Assembly (NCBI GenBank): GCA_026387035.1
Contig: JAPLMM010000004.1
Coordinates: forward strand, 1 to 56,325
Direction: 5' to 3'
Length of the DNA stretch: 56,325 nucleotides
Source of the DNA: Planctomycetota bacterium
GTDB lineage: Bacteria; Planctomycetota; Phycisphaerae; FEN-1346
The position numbers and the translations under genes were made by a program. A model generated the notes under the pieces. The model was given only the letters and a program-made list of their open reading frames with translations. It had not been told where the DNA came from and did no database searches. The first letter of the stretch is position 1; every line of letters begins with the position of its first letter. Shown piece after piece: positions 27,301 through 36,892 of this stretch.

Positions 27301-28248
27301 TTGCTGAAGGCTTTCGAGCAGCGGTGGCTGGTTCTGAACGCTGAGAAGCCAATCCGCTGGAACGTGTGCTGGCTGATTGTTGCGGCATGGAACTCGGCCG
27401 GCAACAAGGAGAAGGCGCGGGAATGGGTGATGAAAGCCTACGAAACCGAAGTCGGTTCCGAAGAGGCGCGGGAAAGAGCCGACGTGGGTGCGCTCAACAT
27501 CGTCAGCGAGTTGATGCAGGTGTATGAACTGACCGGCGAGGGCAAGGGCTACCCGGCCATGGCGGCCGCCATCGCCACGAAGGTGAGGAAGGGGGAACTC
27601 ACAGCCAGTCTGCCGTGGGACTACTACATGCACTTGGCCGCGCTACTCGGAACGCCGGAGACGCGGCAGACGGTCGAGGCCAAGTTGATTGACCCCGCAG
27701 GCCAGCCGCGCCTGGGGGTGGCGAAGATTCTGACGTATGTGCGTTTCGCAGCAGGGGGGATTGAGGCCTGGCAGGCGTACCTCGACGGGCAGGTTGAGAC
27801 TGCGGCGGGCAGCCCTGACGCGCAGGCCGGTTGGCTCCTCGCCCGGGCTCACGCCGACTCGGTCGTCCCATCGGTGCTGTTCCCGTCTCCCTTGCGGGGC
27901 AAGAAATGGTTGGACCAGGCACTGGCTCTGGCAGCCTCCGCACCGGTCCGTTTCCAGGTTCTGGACGAGATCGTTCGTGGCCACATGTTCGTCGGGAAAT
28001 ACGAGAAGGCTACAGAAACGCTGGACGGTCTCGGGCACCAGTTCGAGGACGAGGTTTTCGCCAAAGGCGTTCAACAACTTCGGCGCGACACGAGCAGATT
28101 GTGGATCGAGGCGGACCTGAGAGCCGAGCGCGCGAAGGCGGTTGCCGCCGATCTGCATGCCGAGACGTTAAAGCAGCGACTCGATGCAGCCAGGGCGCGG
28201 GGAGACGAAGAGGCGGTGAGGCGCTACGAGGCGCTGACGACGGAGTGA
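26986..28248 (+). CDS. 3' reading frame of the same repeat protein (last repeat plus helical/TPR-like C-terminal domain)
   Basis: This frame is open from 26914 and continues the repeat consensus (LQAARLLIAKHISDSLLGDPEKMREAGPVLWKVFAARVGEDLPPEERQRWLAALQTTF). Confidence 0.65.
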   Translation: MREAGPVLWKVFAARVGEDLPPEERQRWLAALQTTFASSDEELAVMEIGNLTAFIDSLASLDRKRAADVVLAWFGSGDSWKGGGDVELARLARVVADGRPESAAPLLKAFEQRWLVLNAEKPIRWNVCWLIVAAWNSAGNKEKAREWVMKAYETEVGSEEARERADVGALNIVSELMQVYELTGEGKGYPAMAAAIATKVRKGELTASLPWDYYMHLAALLGTPETRQTVEAKLIDPAGQPRLGVAKILTYVRFAAGGIEAWQAYLDGQVETAAGSPDAQAGWLLARAHADSVVPSVLFPSPLRGKKWLDQALALAASAPVRFQVLDEIVRGHMFVGKYEKATETLDGLGHQFEDEVFAKGVQQLRRDTSRLWIEADLRAERAKAVAADLHAETLKQRLDAARARGDEEAVRRYEALTTE

Positions 28249-28324
28249 AAAGAGGGCCGATGCGTTTGCCCCGGTCCTCTTTCGGGTCGGCAATAGGGTA
28301 AAGTAACCGGTCAGGGAGATTGAC

Positions 28325-31300
28325 ATGAACGCGCGGAAGGCAACCGGTAGTTCCCGTCGGACGGTGCGGTCCTTTGCAGCCAGGCTGGCGTTGGGATGGG
28401 TGTGCGCGACCCTTGCAATGGCGATTGCGTCGCCGTGCACCTGGGCATGCCCCGATCTGCCTGGAAATGTGCCGGACGGCGTGCCACCTAAAAAGCAGGA
28501 CCCATCCGACACACCGGAGCCAATCGTGCTTGCGGATGGGACCGTGACGGAGAGCGCCACGGACGCGTTTCTGCCAGGCGTGACGGTCTCCTGGTTCCAC
28601 GAACGCCACTACAGCAGCGCGCTCAAGCAAGGGGCGCACATCCAGGGCGTCGGCTGGAAGTGCACGTGGCTGACGACTTTCCTGAGTCCAGTGGAAGGAT
28701 CGGAGAACATCGAACTCTATCTGGACCACCTCTGCAAGCGAGTCTTTACCAGCAATGACGGCGAGACGTTCACACCGCCTCCCGATTACCTCGCCACATT
28801 GGTGGTTCCGGACGAGATAGACGGGAAAGGCTATTACAGGCTAACGCTCACCCAGAGCGGCGAAACGTTCTTCTTCTGCGATTTCAGCGAAGATTGGGAG
28901 GACAACGAGAAAGGACTTCTCCGATACCGCACCGATCGGTATGGTGCTTCCGACCTGGAGTATCGCACAAACTGGCTCACCTATTCCTACGACGACGAGA
29001 CCTCCACCGGCCGGATCACTTCGGTCACGACCAGCCAGGGGTGGTCGGTCGTCTATTCTTACGTGGACGGCGGCCCGAACGGCGGCCGGCTCAGGCAGAT
29101 CGACGTCAAAAACGGTGACACCCCAACTCCTCGGACCCTCCAGCGCGTCAAGTACAAGTATTACGAGAGCGACAGCGGCTACTCGACCGACTGCGGGGAC
29201 GACGGCGACCTGATCATGGTCGAAGTCTTCAAACGAGCGACGTCGGACGACCTGACCCAATCCGACGACGAGGACTTCTCCATCCAGCAGATCACGATGT
29301 ACCGCTATTTCCGCGAGGGCGACGGCAACGGCGGCGCCCACCAATTGAAGATGGTCCTGGCGCCGGCGTCGGTCAAAAAGGCTATGGACGACGGGAGCAA
29401 GACGGCGGCCCAACTCCTGGGACTGGACGACGACGGGGTCGTCACCGGCTCGGTGACGCTCCAGGACTACGCCAACGTGACGTACAAATACTACCCCGAG
29501 CCCTTCGACACGGCGGCCCTTGGGGGGACGTATGGGGGCTCGAACTTCGACGAGACGGGGTTTGCCAAGTCCCAGACGGTCCGCAAGGACTACAAGGGCT
29601 ACCTCGGAACGCGGACCTACTATTACATGAACAATTCGGTGGTGGACGATCTGAACGCCGTCCAGCGGATCGTCGTCGAGGACCACACGGAGGCCGGGAC
29701 GCGAACGGTGTACGGCCTGAACAAGGACCGCCTCACGCTGCGGCAAGTCTTCGTGGACAACCCGGACAGTTCCCCGAAGTACTGGTGCCAATCGTTCGTC
29801 ATGGGCGAGACCGCGGGCCAGAATGCCAACCAGGTCGTCGAGAAGCGCCTGCCCTCGGCCCACACCTGCATCGACACGACCGGCGAGGTGACGACCTTCC
29901 TGGACGTGCAGGACACCTGGACGAGCGCAAGCATCATGAACCAGAGCAGCGGCGTCGTCTATGTGTACGACTACAATGCCGATGGGTATCTGATAAAAGA
30001 GAGGGTGAAACAGGGAAACTCCAACGTATCCACAGCGATTTATCTCCGAGTCGTCGAATACGGCGACGGGGCGGCCAATCGCCCGAAGTACCTCCCCTGG
30101 AAGACGTACGTGTATCACACCGCCACCACGACCGAAGCCACCGAATCCGCCCGCTTCTTAATCACCACGACCTACACGTTCCACGATTCGGGCACCGATC
30201 TGCAAATGCAGGAAAAGACCGTCACGCGCGAAGCGGTCCCCTCTGAACAGAACGGCCCCGGTGTCTCCGTCGTCACCAAGGAGTACTACGACGACCGGGG
30301 GCGCCTGCGCTGGACCCAGGACGGCGAGGGGTACGTCAATTACTACTCGTACCATGAGGACACCGGCGGCCTCGCCTACACGATGATCGACGTGGAGACG
30401 GACGATCTCCCGACGGATATCACCGATGGCAATGAGCCGAAGTGGATTGACTGGAGCGGCAATGCGCCCTTTACGCACACCGACAACAATTCGCTGCAAC
30501 TCGTCGCCAAGCGCGAGTTCGACGACCTCGGCCGCGAGGTCAAGGCCGAGGACCCCAAGGGCACGCTCGTCTGCACTGCCTACAAGGACAACGAGACGCG
30601 GGTCTATCCGGGCTGGAGCACCGCGACCCACACGGCCGCGCTTCCCATCCGCGTCGAGAAGACCAACAAGGACGACCTGACCCTCCAGATGTACTCGCTC
30701 GACCCGGCCGGCGTGACGGAAGGATACAACGCCACCACCCACCTCCCGACCGGGAGCGACACGGGCGAAGGCCAGGACGACTACGTCACCTGGACACGGT
30801 ACGCCTACAACTCGACCACCTCGCTCCTGGAGAGCGTGGACCGCTACCACGACATCCCCACGAGCGGCACGGGCACTCTTACCACGAACTACTACCGCAC
30901 CTTCCATCGTCATGACACCCAGGGTCGGCGAACGCGCACGATCAGCGTCGTCAGCGGCACGGCCACCTCGAGCAGCGTCGAACAGGTCGTCAAGACCAAC
31001 TACGACGCCCTCGGGCGCGTCGAGTCCGTCGAGCGCGGCGTGAGCGGCACGGGCCAAGACATGGGCTCCACCTACGCCACCGACCCCACCAACCCCGCCC
31101 TCAAGAAGACTAGCGCCGCCTTCTTTGACGAGGCCACGCCCGGTTCCGGCACGAGCGGCGTCGGCGACGGCCTCGTCACCTGCACACGCCAGTACTACAA
31201 CGCCGACAACGCCGGCCAGTACGTCCAGACGATCTACCGGTACAACTGGCGCGGGCAACTGCGCGGCCTCCAGCCGGAAACGAACCCCTACACCGTCCAG

Positions 31301-34300
31301 GACGTGGACAACCTCGGCCGCACCGTCGCCGTCGCTCAGTTCTCTAACACCACGAACTTCGGCAGCGGCTGGTCCAACGTCCTCGGCGACGACGATTACG
31401 CCCAGAACGCCACCGACGACAAACGCGCCAGCCTGGCGACCACCGCTTACGACGAAATGGGCCGCGTCTACCAAACCCGCGTCCATAACGTCGCCTACGG
31501 CCCGGGGGATTACGTCAAGGCCGACCAGTACTACGACCTCAATTCCCGCCTCGTCGCCTCGACCAGCCCCGGGCAGGGTGCCGCCGAGTACGCCTACGAC
31601 GGCGCCGGCCGTCAGACCGAAAGCCGCTCCCTCAAGGAACTTGAGACCACGAAGTACGCGAGCGGCGAGTTCCAGTACCGCGACCCGCAGCCGGGCGCCA
31701 CGAGCGGCGGCGACGACGGCGTCATCCAACTAACGCGCACCACCTACGACAGCACCGGCAACCCCACCAAGTCCCTCACCCTCGCGGCCAACCATGTCAA
31801 AACCGACGGCACCACGATCAACAACGACGGCATCAGCCTCGACAACGCCGACTACGTCCAGACGTGGGCCTACTCGTGGTACGACGACTACGGCCGCCTG
31901 ACCGGCTCGGCCTCCTACGGCACGAACACGACCGCCTGGACCTACGAGGACACCGCGCCGGACTACGGCTCTACGCCCCCGGCCCGCAGCGACTCCGTCC
32001 TCGTCGCCACCACCGCCTACGACGCTGCCGGCCGCCCCTGGACCGTCACCGATCCCAAGGGCTACGTCACGCGCTCCACGTACGACGATCTCGGCCGCAC
32101 CGTCAAGACCGAGGAGGACCAGGGCGGCGCCAACGAGCGGACCACCCTGGCGGGCTACGACGGCCTCTCCAACGTCGTCCAGCAGATCGCCGACATCGAC
32201 AAGGACGATACGACCCTCTCGGGCGGCGTCTGGACCACCGACTCCGACGACCAGGTCACGACCTACACCTTTTACGATTCCACGCGGAGCCCCTACCACG
32301 CGGGCCTCCTGACGCAAACCAAGTACCCCGACGGCGACGACACCGACGACAACACCCAGACCGCCTACGCCCTGGACGGCCGTCCCACGGAGCGTCTCCT
32401 CCAGAAACTCGCCGGCCAGAACGATCGTCCCGCCCTCGCCTTCGACTACGACGACACCTTGCGCCGCCTGACCGCCCAGCGTCTCACTGAGGCCGGCGGC
32501 GTGGACACCGCCGTCCAGTCCATCGCCTACGCCTACTACATCGGCCGGATGTACCTTCTCACCTCCTACCCGACGAACGATTGCTCCGGCACGCCCCTGA
32601 ACCAGGTATATCGGACCTACAACGACGCCTTCGGCATCCTTTGGGGAGAGTCCCAGGAACACGAAGGCGCCACGGATGCCGACAGCATCCGCGTCGTTTA
32701 TTCGTTCGCAACGACGGTGAGCGGCGGCGTCTATACCTACGGCCGGCGCCTGACGAGCGTCTATTACCCCAGCGTCGGCGCCAATTGCCTCGTCCGACCC
32801 GCAAGCGCCGTCGCGGCCCGGCGGGTCTATGCGCTGTATAATGACGCCGGCGACTCCTCCGGCCTGGGCGACGCCGTCTCGCGGCCGACCGCCCTCGCCT
32901 CGGCTTGGACGCGCGGCGCAAACGACGCCAACGTCTATGCCGCCTACGCCTATAACGGCGCAGGCCGCATCGTCGTCGAGGACTACACGCAGCCCGACGT
33001 CCGCCTCGACCATTGGGGCCAGACGGCCGGCACGTACGCCGGCCTCGATGCCCTCGGCCGCACGAAACAGCAACTCTGGCGCTACTACGGCGGCACGCCG
33101 GCCGACCTCGACCGCTTCGAGTACACCTACGACCGCAACTCCAACCGCACCTCCAAGGACCTCACCCTCACCACCGGCAAAGACGAGAAGTACGCCTACG
33201 ATAACCTCAACCGCCTGACCTCCTACGACCGCGGCACCCTCTCCGGCGGCGACATCACGAACAAGGTCCGTAACGAGGCCTGGGGCCTCTCCCCCACAGG
33301 CGCCTGGAACGATTACCAGATCGACGCCAACGGCGACGGCGACTACTCGGATACCGGCACGGAAGAGGTGGACCAGGACCGCACCCACAACCTCGTCAAC
33401 GAGATCTGGAACGCCACCCCCGGCAACGCCATCACCGAACAGGCCGATCCCCAGCAGACCCAGTGGGCCGACCCCGCTTATAGCGCCCGCGGCAACATGA
33501 CGACCGTCCCCAAGCCGACGGCCTTGACAAGCACGTACGCCTGCAAGTACGATGCGTGGAACCGGCTTACGGAAGTCAAGTCGGGGGAAATCGTCGTGGC
33601 CAAACTTCTGGAGACGCGCCTCTCAACGAGCGAAAACACCGAGCCGCAAACGCTTCAACCGGAATATCAGTACGTCTGGAGCGTGAGATACCTTGACGCG
33701 CCGGTCCTCAGGGACAAGAATACGGATGATGACGATCTCTGTGATGATCAAAGGCTCTACTTCACGAACGACGCCAACATGAACGTGACGGCTCTCATCG
33801 GCACGGACGGCACGCCTTTGGAGCGGTATGTTTATGACCCCTACGGGAAGGTGACTATCTACGATGATGACTGGTCCGAGACGCGCGAGACTTCCTCGTA
33901 CGACAACAACATCCTCTTCGCCGGCTACTATCTTGACTGGGAAACCGGCCTTTACCACGTCCGCAACCGCTACTACCATACCCAGTTCGGCTGGCTCACC
34001 CGCGACCCGGCAGGGTATGTGGACGGCATGAGCCTCTATGAGTATGTTGGTTGTGCCCCTTGCGTGCGTTACGATCCATTCGGAATGATCGGGTATGGTG
34101 ACTTGCGGGATGCTGCTAAAACGGCTGCCGGTGTAGTCGGGCAGTGCGCACTGGGAGTTGTTGAGGCGGCGACGGGCATTCCTATGTCCGAGGTGGCGCC
34201 ACCGACCACGCCACTGGAGAGGGATGCACGGAATCTGGGGCACGGCACTGCTGCGGCTGGTGGAGCGGCATTGACCGCGAAAGGAATTGCAGACACGGCG

Positions 34301-34828
34301 TTCGGAAGTGCCATGATGGGTACGGGATTGGCTACGATGGCCGCTGGAGCAAAAGGAGGAGCAGTGGTTGGTACAGGGGTGGAGCCCGGCGGCGGAACTG
34401 GGGTCGGAGCGCTCGTTGGAGGCGCACCTGGAGCTGTCATGACTGCGGCTGGAGCCAAACTAACCGTCATAGGCGTTGTTGAGACCGTGGTGGGCGGGTG
34501 GATTCTTAAAAATGCGATGTCCTGCCCGTCGGCTCGAGTTGGCGGATCGTCCGATGAAGGCGAAGGGAATACGGAAAAGCCCTGTCAGGAGGGCAAGTCC
34601 AGCAAGACCATAAGGAAGGAATGGGAAGAGGAAAACAGCCAGCAGTGGCCAAAAGATCCAGAAACCGGTCAAAACCAAGACGTTTCTCATAAGACAGCGA
34701 AAGCCGATGGAGGCACGGACGAGCTGAGCAATATTGAGCCCAAGCCGCATGACGAGCACATGCAGGATCATATGGACAAGGGGGACTTCAAGAGATGGGG
34801 TGCTCGTAGCCAAGGGGGTGGCCAATGA
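28325..34828 (+). CDS. Rhs/YD-repeat polymorphic toxin with Sec-type N-terminus and HNH (colicin-DNase-like) C-terminal domain
   Basis: There are many YD repeats (YYDDRGRLRW, NYDALGRVES, AYDEMGRVYQ, YAYDGAGRQTE, AYDAAGRPWT, TYDDLGRTVK, YAYDNLNRLTSY). The Rhs core ends ...GLYHVRNRYYHTQFGWLTRDPAGYVDGMSLYEY...YDPFGM. The tip reads DVSHKTAKADGGTDELSNIEPKPHDEHMQDH. Confidence 0.95.
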   Translation: MNARKATGSSRRTVRSFAARLALGWVCATLAMAIASPCTWACPDLPGNVPDGVPPKKQDPSDTPEPIVLADGTVTESATDAFLPGVTVSWFHERHYSSALKQGAHIQGVGWKCTWLTTFLSPVEGSENIELYLDHLCKRVFTSNDGETFTPPPDYLATLVVPDEIDGKGYYRLTLTQSGETFFFCDFSEDWEDNEKGLLRYRTDRYGASDLEYRTNWLTYSYDDETSTGRITSVTTSQGWSVVYSYVDGGPNGGRLRQIDVKNGDTPTPRTLQRVKYKYYESDSGYSTDCGDDGDLIMVEVFKRATSDDLTQSDDEDFSIQQITMYRYFREGDGNGGAHQLKMVLAPASVKKAMDDGSKTAAQLLGLDDDGVVTGSVTLQDYANVTYKYYPEPFDTAALGGTYGGSNFDETGFAKSQTVRKDYKGYLGTRTYYYMNNSVVDDLNAVQRIVVEDHTEAGTRTVYGLNKDRLTLRQVFVDNPDSSPKYWCQSFVMGETAGQNANQVVEKRLPSAHTCIDTTGEVTTFLDVQDTWTSASIMNQSSGVVYVYDYNADGYLIKERVKQGNSNVSTAIYLRVVEYGDGAANRPKYLPWKTYVYHTATTTEATESARFLITTTYTFHDSGTDLQMQEKTVTREAVPSEQNGPGVSVVTKEYYDDRGRLRWTQDGEGYVNYYSYHEDTGGLAYTMIDVETDDLPTDITDGNEPKWIDWSGNAPFTHTDNNSLQLVAKREFDDLGREVKAEDPKGTLVCTAYKDNETRVYPGWSTATHTAALPIRVEKTNKDDLTLQMYSLDPAGVTEGYNATTHLPTGSDTGEGQDDYVTWTRYAYNSTTSLLESVDRYHDIPTSGTGTLTTNYYRTFHRHDTQGRRTRTISVVSGTATSSSVEQVVKTNYDALGRVESVERGVSGTGQDMGSTYATDPTNPALKKTSAAFFDEATPGSGTSGVGDGLVTCTRQYYNADNAGQYVQTIYRYNWRGQLRGLQPETNPYTVQDVDNLGRTVAVAQFSNTTNFGSGWSNVLGDDDYAQNATDDKRASLATTAYDEMGRVYQTRVHNVAYGPGDYVKADQYYDLNSRLVASTSPGQGAAEYAYDGAGRQTESRSLKELETTKYASGEFQYRDPQPGATSGGDDGVIQLTRTTYDSTGNPTKSLTLAANHVKTDGTTINNDGISLDNADYVQTWAYSWYDDYGRLTGSASYGTNTTAWTYEDTAPDYGSTPPARSDSVLVATTAYDAAGRPWTVTDPKGYVTRSTYDDLGRTVKTEEDQGGANERTTLAGYDGLSNVVQQIADIDKDDTTLSGGVWTTDSDDQVTTYTFYDSTRSPYHAGLLTQTKYPDGDDTDDNTQTAYALDGRPTERLLQKLAGQNDRPALAFDYDDTLRRLTAQRLTEAGGVDTAVQSIAYAYYIGRMYLLTSYPTNDCSGTPLNQVYRTYNDAFGILWGESQEHEGATDADSIRVVYSFATTVSGGVYTYGRRLTSVYYPSVGANCLVRPASAVAARRVYALYNDAGDSSGLGDAVSRPTALASAWTRGANDANVYAAYAYNGAGRIVVEDYTQPDVRLDHWGQTAGTYAGLDALGRTKQQLWRYYGGTPADLDRFEYTYDRNSNRTSKDLTLTTGKDEKYAYDNLNRLTSYDRGTLSGGDITNKVRNEAWGLSPTGAWNDYQIDANGDGDYSDTGTEEVDQDRTHNLVNEIWNATPGNAITEQADPQQTQWADPAYSARGNMTTVPKPTALTSTYACKYDAWNRLTEVKSGEIVVAKLLETRLSTSENTEPQTLQPEYQYVWSVRYLDAPVLRDKNTDDDDLCDDQRLYFTNDANMNVTALIGTDGTPLERYVYDPYGKVTIYDDDWSETRETSSYDNNILFAGYYLDWETGLYHVRNRYYHTQFGWLTRDPAGYVDGMSLYEYVGCAPCVRYDPFGMIGYGDLRDAAKTAAGVVGQCALGVVEAATGIPMSEVAPPTTPLERDARNLGHGTAAAGGAALTAKGIADTAFGSAMMGTGLATMAAGAKGGAVVGTGVEPGGGTGVGALVGGAPGAVMTAAGAKLTVIGVVETVVGGWILKNAMSCPSARVGGSSDEGEGNTEKPCQEGKSSKTIRKEWEEENSQQWPKDPETGQNQDVSHKTAKADGGTDELSNIEPKPHDEHMQDHMDKGDFKRWGARSQGGGQ

Positions 34829-35316
34829 TGCGGCATGTAGACTTGGAAAAGCTCATCCCGGCCGAGAATATTGCGGGGGAAGATGCTGAGGAAACCCGCC
34901 TGTTGAAGGAGATGCTGCATAACGCCACTGATTACTTGCAGGGCTTTCAGTGGTGTCCGCCAATTGAACGCATCTACCTAGGATGCGGTGTAGGTGGTGT
35001 TGTCGCGGTGTTCCTCTTCCATTTTGGCCAGCGGATACGGGGAACCGACGAATGGCTTTGGGTTGTCGAAGGTGACTTACCAACGGCCTATTTGGTTCTC
35101 GACCAAGCAGGCGATCCTGTTTCTGCTCTAGAGGTTTACTGTCAATTGATGGATGATTGGTCCAAGGCAATTCTTGATGGGCGGCCTCTCGATGATATCT
35201 TCCCGGTGAAGGCCGAACCAACTGCTGACAATGCGAAGAGATTGATTAAGCGGCTGAATTTCATCAGAGAACGGCTGCTTCCGGGTTGGCGAGTTGCTTG
35301 GCCCGCCAAGACGTAG
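34825..35316 (+). CDS. Candidate cognate immunity protein for the HNH tip
   Basis: ATGA overlap with the rhs stop and SD AGGGGGTG. Visibly lower GC. Position is typical for an Rhs immunity gene. No motif recognised. Confidence 0.55.
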   Translation: MMRHVDLEKLIPAENIAGEDAEETRLLKEMLHNATDYLQGFQWCPPIERIYLGCGVGGVVAVFLFHFGQRIRGTDEWLWVVEGDLPTAYLVLDQAGDPVSALEVYCQLMDDWSKAILDGRPLDDIFPVKAEPTADNAKRLIKRLNFIRERLLPGWRVAWPAKT

Positions 35317-35388
35317 TGGTCCATCCCTGAAGGACAGGGATATCGGGAAGATGAGTACGCCGACGGCGAGCCGGACGCGGGGGAAACC

Positions 35389-36861
35389 GTGATCGCGCGG
35401 TACGAGTACGACGCCCTGAATCGCCGCACCAAAGAGTTCATCAACGCCGACACGGACGACGACTTCGATTCCTTCAGGCACTTCTACTACACCTTCGGTT
35501 GGCAACTCCTGGAGACGCGGCTCTCCGACAGCGAAAACACCGAACCGCAAACCCTCCAGCCGGAGGTTCAGTACGTCTGGTCGGCGCGCTACCTGGACGC
35601 GCCGGTGCTGCGCGACAAGAACACCGACACGGACGATTTGTGCGACGACCAGCGCCTCTATTACGCGAATGATGCCAATATGAATGTGACGGCGCTACTT
35701 GCCACGGACGGCACGCCTTTGGAGCGGTACGTTTATGACCCCTATGGCAAAGTGACCATCTACGACGACGACTGGTCGGAGACGCGCAACACTTCTTCCT
35801 ACGATAACAGCATCCTCTTCTGCGGCTACTACCACGACTGGGAAACCGGCTTGTACCACGTCCGCAACCGCTATTATCATCCTCACCTGGGCTGGATCAC
35901 CCGCGACCCGGCGGGGTATGCCGACGGCATGAGTCTGTATGAGTACTGTCGCAGCGGACCTCTGGGCGTGACGGACGCGATGGGTCTCTGCACGGCCCCA
36001 GGCCAGCCGGGCGCGGCGGCGGAGGGCGACGGGTCGAAGACGGCGAAGGATTCCGCCGACCAGGTCATCGGCGATCTTGAGAACGGCCGGATCAAGGACG
36101 TGGACGAGTTGAAGGAGCGGGCGAAGGGCCTCTCGAAAGAAGAGCAGGCGCAACTGGCGCGGCGGCTGCGGGAGAAGTATCCGCAGTCGGGCGGTGTTGA
36201 CACGCGGAACCGAAGCACGGGCCAAAGCCAGTTTGATTGGGAAAAAGGTCTGAAAGACTATGGCAACCCCTTCTGGGGAAAAGATGCGCCCTACGCTGAG
36301 CTTCTCAGTGGTTTGAACTCAGAAGTCTCCCGCGCCGCCGAAGAGCATCTCAAAATGAGTCCAGAAGCGAGAGCGATGTGGGATGCGAAATACGAGCAGG
36401 AGACTACGTACACCGAAACGTGGGTTTCCGGCGAATGGGCGCTGAGTCTTGAGGGATCAGCCGGTATTGCCAACACATTTAACATTGGCCTCCGTGTATC
36501 TACGAGAGCAGACGGCCCAGGCTTCAAGGTCGGCTGGTACGTAGAACCCGGCCTCGGCGGAGGCTCCCCTTCGGCCAGCGCCTGCTTCCATTCCGGGGTG
36601 TCCGTTGTCCGTCGCGAGCGATCAATGCTTGATATAGCTCCCGAGAGTAGTACGTTTTCCTATTGGCACGGCAATGGAGGCGGGAACGTCGGCGTGGGGG
36701 TGACGCTGGGAGGTGTTCTTGGGGGGACAAAATCGATGGATGGCAAAACGCGGTCCTATGGTGGCGCAGTAGAGATAGGTGCGGGCGCACTCCCTGTAGG
36801 ATCAGGGCATGTGGTTGGTGGGCCTGGTGTGGAGGTCAAGATTTATTCGTGGCCTGACTGA
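35389..36861 (+). CDS. Orphan Rhs C-terminal cassette 1 (core-end homology plus unrelated toxin tip)
   Basis: It starts at a GTG within the homology block GETVIARYEYDALNRR. It shares ...LETRLS.SENTEPQTLQPE.QYVWS.RY.DAPVLRDKNTD...DPYGK.TIYDDDWSETR...GLYHVRNRYYHP..GWITRDPAGYADGMSLYEYC with the main gene. After DAMGL the sequence is unique and ends in a Gly-rich segment. Confidence 0.8.
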   Translation: MIARYEYDALNRRTKEFINADTDDDFDSFRHFYYTFGWQLLETRLSDSENTEPQTLQPEVQYVWSARYLDAPVLRDKNTDTDDLCDDQRLYYANDANMNVTALLATDGTPLERYVYDPYGKVTIYDDDWSETRNTSSYDNSILFCGYYHDWETGLYHVRNRYYHPHLGWITRDPAGYADGMSLYEYCRSGPLGVTDAMGLCTAPGQPGAAAEGDGSKTAKDSADQVIGDLENGRIKDVDELKERAKGLSKEEQAQLARRLREKYPQSGGVDTRNRSTGQSQFDWEKGLKDYGNPFWGKDAPYAELLSGLNSEVSRAAEEHLKMSPEARAMWDAKYEQETTYTETWVSGEWALSLEGSAGIANTFNIGLRVSTRADGPGFKVGWYVEPGLGGGSPSASACFHSGVSVVRRERSMLDIAPESSTFSYWHGNGGGNVGVGVTLGGVLGGTKSMDGKTRSYGGAVEIGAGALPVGSGHVVGGPGVEVKIYSWPD

Positions 36862-36892
36862 GCAGGGCCTGACTGAGCAGGTAGTGCCGCCA

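Noticed and set aside
28841-33388. Three minus-strand ORFs of 425-552 aa antisense to the rhs gene
   Set aside because: They are Val/Gly/Arg/Ala-rich with no domain features, and they mirror the YD-repeat coding frame. They are shadow ORFs.
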